Of a DNA stretch of 64,000 bases, positions 39,280-53,040 are shown one piece after another; the stretch's first letter is position 1; every line of letters starts with the position of its first letter. The stretch comes from Octopus sinensis (lineage: Eukaryota). A program made the translations under genes and the position numbers. Under the pieces are notes generated by a model. That model made no database searches, was not told the origin of the DNA, and saw nothing but the letters and a program-made list of their open reading frames with translations. The stretch covers positions 36,146,001 to 36,210,000 of the forward strand of contig NC_043003.1 of NCBI RefSeq assembly GCF_006345805.1, written 5' to 3'.

Positions 39280-40780
39280 ACCGAAGATCTTAAAAAGTTT
39301 TGAAGGAATAATTAAAAGCGAGGGGACGAAGCTAAAGTTGCCCCTCACAGTGAAATAAACCACGAGGTAAGAGAAGCACAGTTATTTATAAAAGTTTCTT
39401 AAACAAAAAAAGCTGGATATAGCATCCAAAGAAACTGGGGGGCTCTGGTCGAAACCTCAGTGGCTGGATATCAAATAGATAACAAGAGGACAACGTTTCA
39501 CGACGCTAGAGGTTCGTTTTCAATCGTAAGAAAAAGCCAAGCAGGCGTCCACCAATCCGCTGAAAACAGCAGAAATTGTTCTCCTACCCACGTATCTGAG
39601 AAGACGCACTTACAAGATCTGTGTGGGAGACATACCACCAGAGGTAGACCCTACATGGCTAGTAGCGGCTAACACGTCGGGCTTGGAGGATAAAATTACA
39701 ATCCTCCAAGTACAAGCAACAGAACTTCAGAATTGGCAGGGGAAAAGCCTCGGATTATTAATTCAAGCAGCCCCTGCACAGCTCGAAAATATAATAGAGA
39801 TAATTCACGTGGCTACGAGTGATAGTTGAGTCGAAGAAGCCTCGATGCTTCAAGTGTGGCCAAAAGCGTTATATAAGCTCTGAGTATAAACCTCCCCGCC
39901 CTAAAAAAGTAACTCCACCTGCAAATGAAAACCAGGAGGAAACTACAAAAGAGAAGGAGATTGAGAATGTAGTGACTGAAACGGAGAGTGAAATGGAACA
40001 AGGATAAGGAGGTGGGTGGGAAAGAGTGAAAAAAAGGAAAAACCTGTCCACCCCCAATAGTCCCACATGCAAAAACCAGAAGAGAAAATACAGAATCCAA
40101 AACATCTGCCCAGCCCAAGTTCTAGCCAACCCACCGACAGTAACTATACTACAGTAGCAGCACGAAATAAAACACTACTGCAAAAGTTAGGAAACTCAAA
40201 GGATCCCATCGACACGACACAAATGCAAAAATAGGATCAAAAAGATTTATTTTTCCGATATCTAGAAACAATTACAATCTATTCCAAAAAATATGAAAAT
40301 GATATTGGGCCCACGAGAAAAGATTTTTCTTCACAAATTTATGAGGGCCTTACGAATAGTACACCGCAAGCCCCTGAGAAAAAAGGGGCGAGTATTTGAA
40401 AAAATTTCTATAGACACTCTTAATGTTAGATGTTTGAATATGTGCGGCCTGAGATCGACTTGGAAACAGGCCCGTTCCCTACATGACCTCAAGTTGCACT
40501 GTATGGAAATTATAGTTGCTACAGAGTCCAGGTTGAGCAGTCAGAGCGATTTATCTCCCCTTCCAAGTGGCTACGAGAAATTTACTTCTTCATGTCCACC
40601 TGGAAGTGGGGAAGTGTAGCTGTGCTGTTCAGGAAATACCTGGGCGTTGAGTGTAAAATAATTTTTATCCATCCGGGGAGGCAGGCTAGTCGCTGTGATG
40701 TACAGCGGTAAGATTTTCATACTGGGGCAGGAAAAGCTGAGTTTTTTCGAAGGAGAGAGAGATTTTTTATTCGTCTCATT
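39280..40780 (+). mobile_element. Tx1/L1-clade LINE fragment: ORF1 C-terminal half and start of APE endonuclease
   Basis: Degenerate zinc knuckle PRCFKCGQKRYISSEY (about 39840); APE-like CLNMCGLRS..KQ..LHDL....I.ATES.L...G.V.VLFR (40400-40720). Confidence 0.7.
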
Positions 40781-40839
40781 CTATAATGTTTAGGGACTTT
40801 AATATATCTAAAGAAAACGCAAAAAACTCGCTTGTGCTA

Positions 40840-41355
40840 TTTCAGGAAATAATTTCGATTTTTAGGCGAAATGAAAACGGAAGTGACATTTTGTGGGATA
40901 GTTTACTACCAGAAAATACTATAAACCTTTTTGGTACAGATTGGATGGAAGTATTTGATTTATGGGATTTACGCATAAATACCTTCTGTAATTATGTTAA
41001 TGGCTTGTACACCAGTTCAAATAAGGCGTCGGAAAATTTAAAAAAGAAATGAAAAAAATATGTTTCCTGATGTTTTTTCAGAAGACTTAGGTAGAGCTGA
41101 AGTAAAAGAGAATCATGTCCCGGTATTTAAACTGAAGTGAGATGTACCTTCCGCGGCATTGAACCAAGTAAACAAGGAATTGGACAAACTCGTAAATATT
41201 AGATTAATAAAAATAAAAGATTATTCGGAATGGGCATCACTGACCGTCTATGTAACGAAGAAAAATAATAAAATAAGAGTTTGCCTTTACTTTTCAACTG
41301 GCTTGAATGAATGTCTGGGGACATATGATTACCATTTGCCAAATCCTGAGGAAAT

Positions 41356-41356
<1 letters not shown>
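40840..41356 (+). mobile_element. Gypsy/Ty3 LTR retrotransposon pol fragment (protease end + RT start)
   Basis: NLFGTDWMEVFDLW..IN..C; FPDVFSEDLG; VP.A....V.KELDKL; SEWAS.TVYV.KKNNKIRVCLYFSTGLN..L..YDYHLPNPEEI. Confidence 0.85.
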
Positions 41357-41414
<58 letters not shown>

Positions 41415-42649
41415 TAAAACAATGATAATAATCATAATACACGAAAGAAGTTTTCTTGAAATAATAAAATCGAAACCCCCTGCCAATACATACGTGTTAA
41501 AGTGAATTAGGAAAGTAATTAGGAATTAGATTTGCAACAACTAAAAACCCCTACTAATTTCTCTCTAGTTTTATTATACAAGGAAACACTGCACCACAGG
41601 TAATAGTGTATGAATTGCTCAGTGGTTTCACATAGGGTAAAGAAATATTCCAGTTACCACAACCAATCTCTGCTTCTGTATGCTGACTTTATTATCTCTT
41701 AAAAAGCAGGAGATTCATTATACAACGAACAACATAAAAGGCTTATGTAATTTTAAGACTTTTTCCCAGAAGAAATTCGTATATTTTGCTTTATTTTTTT
41801 TTCCTCTGTATTTCTAACGATAATATATCTAAAGTATCTTTCCGGACCATTCAAGGCCTACACTGACCTTAGGCAACTTTGCTTTCTGCTTTTACATAGA
41901 TTTGTTAATGAAAATAGCAAAGAAACCTTTTTTATGACCTCCGAGCCTACTGGAAGAAAAAGTTCTCCTCAGATTGAATTTTAAAGGATAATTGGTTTCT
42001 CTAAAGTGATCCAAGGTCCAAGAGATTCCTGACGTTAAGCTAGAAGACGGCTTCATTTGACCAACCATAGACAGGAACCAAGCATTTGATGGATTTCCAC
42101 CAACAGTGGTTTCTTTCTGACAAAAATTTGGAAGGTTCGAGGCTGTAGCAGATGATATAACCCCGTAAGTTGAACCGCATGAAATTGTACCTGCAACTAA
42201 GTCGTTGCGAAGCGAAATTGTTAATCTCACAAATAAGGCACTTCTTATGAATAATCTGATGTATTTCATGTCTTAGGACATTGATTTGTGTGGCTGTTGT
42301 GGTTGAAGAGTAAACTCAACATCATCTAACAGAATCATAGCATTCCAATATTCAATAACTTTAAATATGTATTCGACTATACATACTAGTATATATAAAG
42401 ATATGTTCTACTATATATGCTATATTCCGTATATACTTTAAATATATGTTCAAGTATGTCCTCGCGTTGTTTTGTTTTCTCTTTGTTCGTGTTTGGATTA
42501 ACTACTACTATACATACTATATACTATATATATACTTTAAAGATATGTTCGACTATATATATACTAATGCTTCTTTTCGATGAAGACTGAAGAATTTCAT
42601 TTGATAAGAATTTCAGTATTATTTAATGCAGGTCGGGAAACGCTCCCTC

Positions 42650-43334
42650 GTTTGTTTGCGACCTCGAGGATGATAATTATGATGGTTGTTGTACTCCAGG
42701 TTGGAGTGATGTTCATGTTGGTGGCTGTGTGGGTGGTGATGGTTGTGGGGAATAACATTGCCGATGGTAGTTGCAATTGTGAGGGTGGTTGTGGAGGTGG
42801 CGTTGACGGTACCGATGATTGTAATAGTGGCCTTCATGCAGAATATATGGTTGAAGGAATGCTGGTCTATGTAGTAGAGGTGGCAATGGTAGTCATCTTA
42901 GTGAATATGATAGTAATGGTAGTGGAAATGGTTGAGATGGTTGGTTATGGTCAGTGTAGATTTGATGATAGTATTAGTGGTAGTCGTGGTATTATTATGA
43001 CAATTAGAGATGGCAGTTGTAATTCTACTGGTGATGCCGATGGTTGTTGTGGTCTTAGTATAGATAGTACTAGTGGTTGTGGTAAGCGGTATTGGTAGCA
43101 TTGGTTGTAATAGTTATGACTGGAAATGTTCATTGACTTGGTTGTATCGGTAAAGGCGATGCTGGTTGTATTGATAATGTTAATTTTGTGATTAATGTTG
43201 TAGTACTTGTGATAGTGGTGGTATGTTGGGAAGGGTGGGTAGATGCTAGTGGTATTGCTCAGAGTCTTGGACGTAAAGGTTATGATAGTTTTAGAGTGCT
43301 TTTAGTTGTAGTAGTAGTAGTAGTAGTAGTAGTA

Positions 43335-43365
<31 letters not shown>

Positions 43366-43990
43366 TAGCAGCAGCAGCAGTAGCAGTAGTAGTAGTAGTA
43401 GCAGCAGCAGTAGTAGCAGTAGTAGTAGTAGTAGCAGCAGCAGCAGCAGTAGTAGTAGCAACAGCAGCAGCAGTATTAGTAGCAGCAGCGGTAGTAGTAG
43501 GGATGCAGATGATGGCGGTGACAGACAAATTTGTTTGTACTGTTGGTGGTATTGTAGTGGTTTTTATTGTTGCAGTGGTGCTGGCAACAGTGATAATGTG
43601 GAAATGAGTGGTGATAAAAGTCATATTCGCAATGGATGTTATGGTGATGGTGATGGTGATGGTGATGGTGATGGTGATGGTGATGGTGATGGTAACGGTC
43701 ACAATAATAATGGTGTTTGCTTTTAACATTGTGGTAGGATTTGTGATTATAAATATAGTGGTAATGATGGTCGTGGTCGTCGTGGTAATCGTTCTCGTCG
43801 TGTTCATCGTGGCGGCGGCGGTGGTGATGGTTATGGTAGTGGAAATTGTATTAGTGGTTGTGATACCAGTATTGATTGTGGTGTTGGTAACGGTAAAAGT
43901 GGTGGTTGTGTTTACAGTTGTACTGGTCGAAATTTTAATGATAGTAGTGTCGTTGATTGTGATAGGGCTGGTGTTGCTCGTAATGATACT
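42650..43990. repeat. Cryptic/decayed triplet-repeat field (GTG/GTA/GCA/GAT)
   Basis: Direct reading; produces spurious V/A/M- and T-rich ORFs. Confidence 0.8.
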
Positions 43991-43994
43991 GTTC

Positions 43995-44205
43995 AAGGCG
44001 GCGAGCTGGTAGAATCTTTACTGTGGTGGGTGAAATACTTAGCGGCATTTCTCCGTCTTTACGGTCTGAATTCAATTTACTCTGAGGTTGATTTTTGCTT
44101 CCATCCTTTGGAAGTCGATAAAATAAGTATCAGCTGAACATTGGGGTCGATGTAGTCAATTTACCTCCATCTCGAAATAACTGACCTTGTGTCAAAATTT
44201 AAAAT
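43995..44205 (+). mobile_element. tRNA-derived SINE
   Basis: ggcggcgagctggtagaatc head; collinear with 56735-56968. Confidence 0.85.
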
Positions 44206-44209
44206 ATTT

Positions 44210-45370
44210 ATTAGATTGTCCAGAAAGTAATGGAGGTGTTTCGATTGTTGATAGTCATCAACAAATAAATCACTTAGTACGATACAAATAGTGTGTAATA
44301 TTGCATTTTACATAGATCATATGTTTATTAAAAGTTTGCTAGTTGTTATGATTTCTTTCTATATATTTACAGTTTATATCAATCGGCCCTAGCAACGGCA
44401 TAGGCAAAAAGGAATTTCGTATAATTTTTCTTTATGTGTTTAAACTAGGAAAGAATACTTCGGAAAATGCACGCGGCATCAATCAAGCATGCGGTCATGG
44501 ATCGGTTCCTCTTGGCACAGTACAGCTTTGGCTTCTGAGATTTCGTCGAGGAGATGTCTTAATGCTTCCTTTCGTCCAGAAAGGAAGCAATGCTTTGACG
44601 ACGACACAGAATGGGAATCACTAGATAAAGATACACGAACCTCTGTCCGTAAGCTCGCAAGAATAATGGGAAAAAAGGAAATCAACAATTTCTACATGCT
44701 TGCGTGCAACTAGAAAAAGAAATCAGATGGATAGATAGTTTCTGCATGAACTAAAGGAGGAACAGAAAAATCACCGTTACGAGATCGATCTGGTCGATTC
44801 ATCACTGAGACAACAGAGCGCCCCATTTCTTGAACAGATCATAACGTGTGATGAACAGTGGATTCTGTAAAATAATAAGGAAAGTTTTGCACGGTATTCC
44901 CCAAAGTCTGGGCTCCATAAAAAGTGCATGTTAAGAGAATGATGACTGCATCAGGAGTTATCCATCACAATTTCTAGAATCCAGGAGAAACAATCACAGC
45001 TGAGATATTGTCACCAGTTAGATGGAATGAATAGCAAGATACGTGAAATGTAACCAGTGTTAGCCAATCGCAAAGGCCATATTGTTGTTCAAGATCACAC
45101 ACTTTGACATGCGTTAAGATTGACGCTTAGAAAGTTAAACGATTTGAGAATCGAAGTTTTACCTCATAAAACTTATTCCCATGACCTGTCTCCTTATAGA
45201 CTTTCATGCGTTCAAACACCTTGACAACTCCATAACAAATAAACGGTTTGAAAAACCAAGCAGATACATAAGCTTTTAGGGAGTTTATTATCTCTAGTAA
45301 TACTGATTTTTACTGTAAGGGCTTAAATAATCTTTTTACACATTGGTAAAAATGTGTTCAGTCACATAGA
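44210..45370 (+). mobile_element. Mariner transposase pseudogene (nearly whole ORF, heavily decayed)
   Basis: KKEFRIIFLYVFKLGKNTSENARGINQACG..TVQLWLLRFRRGD; PFLEQIITCDEQW (about 44820); VVQDH; EVLPHKTYSHDLSP. Confidence 0.85.
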
Positions 45371-46519
45371 AGATACTATGATGAAACTTGCTACATGTCG
45401 ACTGTTGTGTCTCTATTTTCATTATTTATTCAGTAGAGGGCGTTGAACAGGCGGAATCGCGAAAGCACTGGACAAGTCAATTTGCAACATTTGCAGTCAA
45501 CTTCGGCTGATGTCAACTTTTCAATCGGTTCTTTCGGGATTTAAATAAAATGAATTATCTTGTTAAGTACTACGGTCAATAGTATTGCCTTCCACCCTTC
45601 CTTAAGAATTGTTTGCTTTGAACCTACATAAGAAAGCAGTATTTATTGAGAATTAAGTCGCACATGGACAGAAAATACCTTTCGTATTTTTTCAAATCCT
45701 GCTGAGGTCAGCATTTCCATTCATCCATCAGGTATCAGTTTTCGCAACAGACAAATGCTGGAGACCTCGGTATCAACTAGCTCCCTCTCATTACATTTCG
45801 TGACATTGAGACAATCTTTAGAACAAATCACAAAACACCTGATTTATTGTTTGTTTGTTTAGGTACATGCATTTGCATTTTGAAATCAAATATTACGAGG
45901 GCAATTATGAAACTTATCGTTTTTGGTGCGATGAAATGAAGTTACAGTTAAACGGAAAGTGAACTACCTCTCTTCCTTAAAGTTCCGGACTTGTGCTGGT
46001 GCTAGAAACAATTATATTTTTAAAAGAAAGAAGACGGTGGAGTTTGTCCTCCCTCTCCTCTGTTTTCAGTACAACGATGACATATACTTGGAAAACGTTG
46101 AATTCCAAACTCTAGCAAGCAACTGAGCTATATCTGGAGGTACAAGATGTTTTCCTAATATAAGGTTACGTGAAGTGACTTTGTGGCTGGTACACTAGTT
46201 GCGGCATCAGAGATCTATCTTTGTCGGCGCGAAAGATATAAAAGGTTACACTAGCTACCTATGAATTATTAGTGAAAATGTGTGGGTCGGACGTCAATTA
46301 TTCTGATATATTGTGTTTGGAGATTCTTTGATTTATTACACGCGTCAAATCGTTTGTATTTCTTCATATTATTATCAATATTTCTATGTTTCAGTTCCTA
46401 TTTTAATGACAACTCTATATTATAATGGAGTTCATACAGAATTTGAAGTGAACTTTGCAAAACGATTTTCTGTATATTTTCTTAATACGCTTTTTCACAC
46501 ACACACACACACACACACG

Positions 46520-46550
<31 letters not shown>

Positions 46551-46850
46551 ACACACACATGTATATATATATATAACTTAGAATATACATATATCATGTA
46601 GGATCATATATTGACATATTGCAACAATCCCTGATCGAAATGATTGCATAACACATTCATACATCTCGTTCATTTTTTACTCATTATCTCATTATATCCC
46701 TTTGAAAAGCCGAGAGTAACAGAATGACTAACGTGGATAGGAAGCTTGAAAGATTATATGGAAGAACTGCAAGAAAATGTCACGAACGGATCTCTCCAAT
46801 TCAATCTTTCACCTACGAGATTATTAAGTGCCACACATATATTATATATT

Positions 46851-46885
<35 letters not shown>

Positions 46886-46893
46886 TATATACA

Positions 46894-46984
<91 letters not shown>

Positions 46985-47145
46985 GATGATATTGATTTGG
47001 TAGGTAATTAAATTTTCACATTAGCTTTCAAATTATGTTTTAACATTTAGGAAAATGATATCCTTATTCCAGTGCAAAGAAAAGGGTCAAGAAAGGCAAG
47101 CCTCAAAAACGGACTAAAATGAAAGAAAGGGAAAAAAATGAAAGG

Positions 47146-47177
<32 letters not shown>

Positions 47178-47191
47178 TATATGTGTGTGTG

Positions 47192-47485
47192 TGTGTGGTT
47201 AGGGCAGCGGACTCGCGGTCGTAGGATCGCGGTTTCGATTCCCAGACCGGGCCTTGTGAGTGTTTATTGAGCAAAAACACCTAAAAACTCCACGAGGCTC
47301 CGGCAGGGGGGGGGGTGATCCCTGCTGTACTCTTCCACCACTCTTTCTCCCACTCTTTCTTCTGTTGGCCTGCTCGCTTAGCCAGCGAGGTGACGTCATT
47401 CGAAGGCTAAAACAATGCGAACGCATTGTGACCAGCGATCTGTAACAACATCTGATGGTCTGGTCGGTCACGTGACGTCACGTGA
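47192..47485 (+). mobile_element. tRNA-derived SINE (third family)
   Basis: tRNA-like head gtggttagggcagcggac...ggtttcgattccc (B-box-like), ends in (TA)n. Confidence 0.75.
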
Positions 47486-47748
47486 TATATATATATATAT
47501 GTATGTATATAAATGGAAGCGTGTAATATCTAATATCATTTATATTTAAATATATGTGTCCATGTGAGTGAAGTTGCTAAAGTACACATAATTTAAGAAA
47601 ATAATTTTTCACAACTATTTCAGAGCAAAAAATCTCACTAATTAATATTCGTTTGCATTTCGCATGTCGATTAAGCCTTCCTATAGCAGCGAGACTAGCG
47701 GGACACACTGCGGTATATTCCCTTTTATATATATATATGTATATATAT

Positions 47749-48159
47749 TACTCTCTTTTTACTCTTTTACTTGTTTCAGCCACTTGACTGCGGCCATGCT
47801 GAAGCACCGCCTTTAGTCGAGCAACTCGACCCCGGGACTTATTCTTCTTGTAAGCCCAGTACTTATTCTATCGGTCTTTTTTTTTGCCGAACCGCTAAGT
47901 GACGGGGACGTAAACACACCAGCATCGGTTGTCAAGCAATGCTAGGGGAACAAACACACACACATACATATGTATATATATATATACATATATACGACAG
48001 GCTTCTTTCAGTTTCCGTCTACCAAATCCACTCACAAGGCATTGGTCGGCCCGGGGCTATAGCAGAAGACACTTGCCCAAGATGCCACGCAGTGGGATTG
48101 AACCCGGAACCATGTGGTTGGTTAGCAAGCTACTTACCACACAGCCACTCCTGCGCCTG

Positions 48160-48160
<1 letters not shown>
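47749..48160 (-). mobile_element. Near-intact tRNA-derived SINE with internal CA/TA repeat
   Basis: Minus-strand head with A box (tggctgtgtgg) and B box (ggttcaatccc), then cttgggcaagtgtctt; partial copies at 22.5, 61.5 and 63.3 kb. Confidence 0.9.
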
Positions 48161-48196
<36 letters not shown>

Positions 48197-51100
48197 GTGT
48201 GTGTGTGTGTGTGTGTTTGTGTGTGTGTATGTGTCTGTCTGTGTGTCTGTGTTTGTGCCTGTGTTTGGAGGCAGACAGACAGACATATAGTTAGATAGAT
48301 AGATAGATAGGTAGACTTCTATATAGAATGAAAGTTAGATGGATGAAAGCTGCAGAGAGGAAAGTGTTAGAAGAGGTATTTTGTTTGAATTCTGAAAGAC
48401 ACAAGAAGTTTATTCTCTTTCTATTTTTATTATTCTTCTGATATATTTTTTCGAGATTTCCGAGAAAATAATTGTTTGTGTCTTTGCTTGTATAAAATAT
48501 CACAACTTGTAAATTATTTGTGTATTATAACCTCTGTTAAATTGATTTATTCAGATTGGAGAACAAAACAGATCGAAATTTGCATCTTTTGTCGTTCTTA
48601 CCTTTTGTTAGAAACTCTGGATGCGATAGAACTATCATGCTGAAGTACATTACTGATAATAGACAAAATGTATTATCATATTTAAACGCACAATACTTCT
48701 GAATAAGTGTAATTTTATTTCGTATTTTCATATCTAAATTGTCGTATACAATAACCCCAATAAATAAAATACTTTAAACATATGTTTTATATTATAGAGA
48801 GTTATATTGTTGCAACCAAACATATTGAAAACTCCATCATACAAAAAAGTTCAACGTATTTTAGCGCCTTTTGTTGTTTTAGTTGTTACTGATGTTTGTA
48901 TTAAATAACACGTGCAATCTCTGAGCGATTGGTTCTAATACAATATATATGAAAATATATTTTATGTCTCCATTGTTTGCGTCGAATTCTGTGAGAAAAT
49001 AGTATATCTTAAATAATCATTAAATATAGTAATATATAAATACATATATATATATATGTAGATTTGCTGATTATTCGTCAGCGTCAAGCAATATAGAAAT
49101 AGGGACTGTAATATATTTATTTTCCATTTACATGGACAAAATGTGCTTATGTGTAAGAACTTTGATATAGAATCCTCGCATTCAAAATTGTCGTGTCGCC
49201 TCTTGAAATACAATATTCAGAAATGAAATGAGTTATTCGATCAATAACTCATCTCATATATTAAATATTCAACCCCTTATTTATTATCTTGTTGTGACTT
49301 TCTTTTAAATCGTATATATCAACAAACAGTGCCTGTTATTCAAAACAAGTTCAATTTGCATTATATTCTGATCTATGCATTCCACCATTTTATCTCTCTG
49401 AAACAAAGATCATGCTCATGATGTAGTCTATATTTCAACCGATTGCGATCAAATCCTATACTTATTATCATGGCATGAATTCATTTCCTTAGTGAACTGC
49501 AAAACGTCTATCATACCTATCTGACTTTTGACTCATCTCTCTTCTATTTTTCTAGTTTTGGAAGAAAACAGGAAAACACTTCCCCTTTGATATAGAATCG
49601 TATATACATTATATTTTATATTAGTTAATTTCTAAGTAACACTTCAAATATTTGTAAGATGTATGTGGAATGACAGGCATTTTAAACTAGTAGACGTAAA
49701 ATAAAGCTTCGTTTTTGATAGTTGTTTCATTTCAGTGATTTTAAATTTCTACAAATGCCACTCGGTCCTATTTTAGCCACTCTTTAATTGTCAGTATTTT
49801 TTTACCGAATAAGAACTCAATACTGTATTTTATAATAAAAAAAGGACAGTAAAGATACAATAATGTTAAAGGAATAGTAATGTAATTTCGATTTCCATTT
49901 GGTTTTACTTCAATTTATTTGAAAAAAATCTGATAATGACATTTAGAAATATATGAGCAGTAAAACAGACCATTATATGTCAAATATAAACCTCATGTAT
50001 AGGTACGTAGTTCGGAGAAATAACCATCTCTAGTACATAGTGATGATTTATACACAGCGAATTTCTTGTGTTTCAAACTATTTTTTAACGTCAATTGCTT
50101 TTGTATTTTTTTCTCTTTTTACTGCCTCATCTTTTACGGTCTGTTATGATCATACAGAACGCTAATCTGTTAGATATCATTTATATTCTGAATATAAGCT
50201 TTCTTTTACTTCAAATGCATGGCCTTTTATGTGTGTTAAAATGGTTGCGTGTGGAATTTCAAAGATATAACAATGAAAACATATAAAAAAAAGAATATAA
50301 AAATGGTGCTTTTATACATAATGTGCACTACAGTGTGTTGGGTGTTTGATTTTATAAATCCTTGGCAAACTGCAGTATAATGCAGAATTTATGACCGTAG
50401 CATTGAAATTAGAATTAGATATGATGAATGACATATCTGCAAGGTGTTAAAACGTTATAAGCCATCATGTTATCAGATCAATCTATAGCTAATTCTCAAG
50501 GTTTCATCATATGCATTCTTATAGTACATAACAAGAAATATATTGAATTAGAATAGATATTGCATTCGGATTCATAACATAAAAGCTTACAAAGAGGAAG
50601 AGAATTTCTGATGACTTACAGAATCTGTAAGCATAGAACTTGATGATAAATAAATATACATACATATATGCGTGTGCGTGTGTGTGTATATGCGCGTGTG
50701 TGTGTATTGATTTTTTTTTTCGATTGAAAAGCAAAATAAAGAGATCAATATTATAACGAAGATGGGGTATTTCCAGATAATTCAAAGACACACTCGATTC
50801 CTGTTATGCACATCTATAGCAAGTTGCTTGCTGGACACCAATTTGGTTTCGGTTTCAATTTCAATTAAGTTTGAGATGATATGTTTCTTGAGCGATATTC
50901 AAGGTATTGTTAAAGGAATTTCTTTGACAAAATGTGAATCATCGTATCTTGGGGCTGTAATATATAAATTGTCGCTCTGCTTAACACCGCAAGACATTGC
51001 ACTCTCACACACGCACAATCACGCATATTATGTATTTATATATATAAATATATGATATGGGAAATTTATGTTTAGCATAAATGTCACAAAATATCGTGCA

Positions 51101-51689
51101 AACTTACTGCTTAGTAAAGGGATGAACTTCTCTTTCTTGTTCTCATCAGATATTTAGAAGATCGGTCTCCTACTGCTATAAATCTTTAAACAACTTCGCA
51201 ACGAAGATAATTGCCTGGTAAGTAATATCACTAGCTAGAAGTGTGCTTTGTTTTGGATAATAGCTAAATATATCAACTGCTTGATTTTTGCCCAGTAGGT
51301 ATTAGATATTTATGTTTGGTCATAACGTTCATCATTCTACTGTGATAAGCACTACGAAACACACCCAAACATCAGCTCCTATATTTGTATATTTAACGCT
51401 TAATTATTGCTTGGCGAACACCCATTGTTAACACCTCATATTATGTTAGTTTGCTGATTCCTAAAGATTCCATTGGGAGTTATCTGTTTTACAATGATTT
51501 ATGTATTTGAAATATATATGTATGTTTGTATGTATGTATGTATGTATGAATGCATGTATGTAAGTTTGTATGTATGTATGTATGTATGTATGTATGTATG
51601 TATGTATGTATGTATGTATGTATGTAGCATATATGCTTGCATGCATGAAGGTATATGCTGAGACCCATGGTATTGCACCTAGAAAGTAA

Positions 51690-51870
51690 CACTCCCAGGC
51701 ATAAGTCCGAGCAAGGTTGTTTATGGAAGACCAGCAGTCGCCCATGCTTACCGACCTCCCCTCTCCACGCCACCAGTGTTTTCCAAGGGAAAGGCAAAGG
51801 CCGATACAGCTTGGTACCTGTGACGTCGCAACTCGTTTCTACTGCTGAGTGAACTGGAGCAACATGAAAT
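51690..51870 (-). mobile_element. SINE fragment
   Basis: GC-rich block (cagtcgcccatgc...caagggaaaggcaaaggccgatacagcttgg...gagtgaactggagcaac) that I recognise as a common octopod repeat; not verified. Confidence 0.55.
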
Positions 51871-52217
51871 ACGGTGAATTTACCCCGATTTGGTCCTAAG
51901 TGTTTTTATATACAGGACGCAGTTGAGACAGTCATCAACTGCTCTCGCTGTAACACCATACCCGAAATGAAGGCTCAGATCAACGTGTTCACACATCATC
52001 CTAAGAAGACAGTGAGGAATGCATGCTCCAGATTACGGAGACCTGTTGAAGACGTGGTGGATGTTGAGAGCGGCTACATTGAATGAACTCTTAGCCATGT
52101 GCTAGTCAATATCTTTTGATTTTTTAAACATACTTTTGTTTTCGAAGGGCATATTTTCTTTGCTTTTAGTTTTATGCAAACTGTGGAATTTAGCCCAAAC
52201 ACCTTTCTATATGTCTG

Positions 52218-52290
<73 letters not shown>

Positions 52291-52295
52291 ATATA

Positions 52296-52338
<43 letters not shown>

Positions 52339-52421
52339 ATATATATTTATCTATATGTCCATCTATCTATCTGTCTGTCTGTCTATTTATTTATCTCTCT
52401 CTCTCCCTCTCTCTCTCTCTC

Positions 52422-52521
<100 letters not shown>

Positions 52522-52900
52522 TAGAGATTAAGACCAAATGGATTGTGGCTAACCACACCCGATCTGTTGTCAATTGCAATTACCATGGACCTTGAATCTA
52601 TTCAGTGCTGCAAAATTTCTATAGTGCATGTACATAGGAGCAGTCTTGAGACTCGTGGTATATTCAGGCAGCCGTTCGTGATTCTACATAGATAGAATAT
52701 ATATCCGTGTTTAGACCGGTAAGTACGTATATGTTACTCTAACTGTATTTTGTACTTCGAACACGATAGCGAATTCACTGACAGGCGACCTTGGTGGTTT
52801 ATTTAACTAAGGATCTGATTTACTGAACTTAATACAGATATATATCGTTTGTAAAAATCATAAATCCGAAAGAAGAAGCACACTCTAAGATGTAGAGTAG

Positions 52901-53007
52901 TATATATTAAAATGAGGAAGGCCGGTGTATGGGATTAATTTACGCCATAAAGTTAAACCCTTTATGGACGGGAAACCTAAAGTAAACCAATAAACCGGTC
53001 TTCCTCA

Positions 53008-53020
<13 letters not shown>
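52901..53020. mobile_element. Mini fold-back element in TA context with hammerhead 3' half remnant
   Basis: 26-bp inverted repeat 52901-52926 / 52994-53019 (1 mismatch); inner 8-bp hairpin ccataaag/ctttatgg followed by GAAACCTAAAGTA. Confidence 0.5.

Positions 53021-53040
<20 letters not shown>

Noticed and set aside
43188-44012. Long Thr/Ala-rich (mucin-like) and Val/Met-rich ORFs
   Set aside because: Translation of decayed triplet microsatellites; open in several frames and on both strands, no splice or domain evidence
51150-51217. 68-nt segment with strong acceptor and GTAAGT donor (similar cases at 46070, 52625-52718 and 54660)
   Set aside because: GTAAGT is expected many times by chance in 64 kb of AT-rich DNA; no recognisable protein or consistent exon chain
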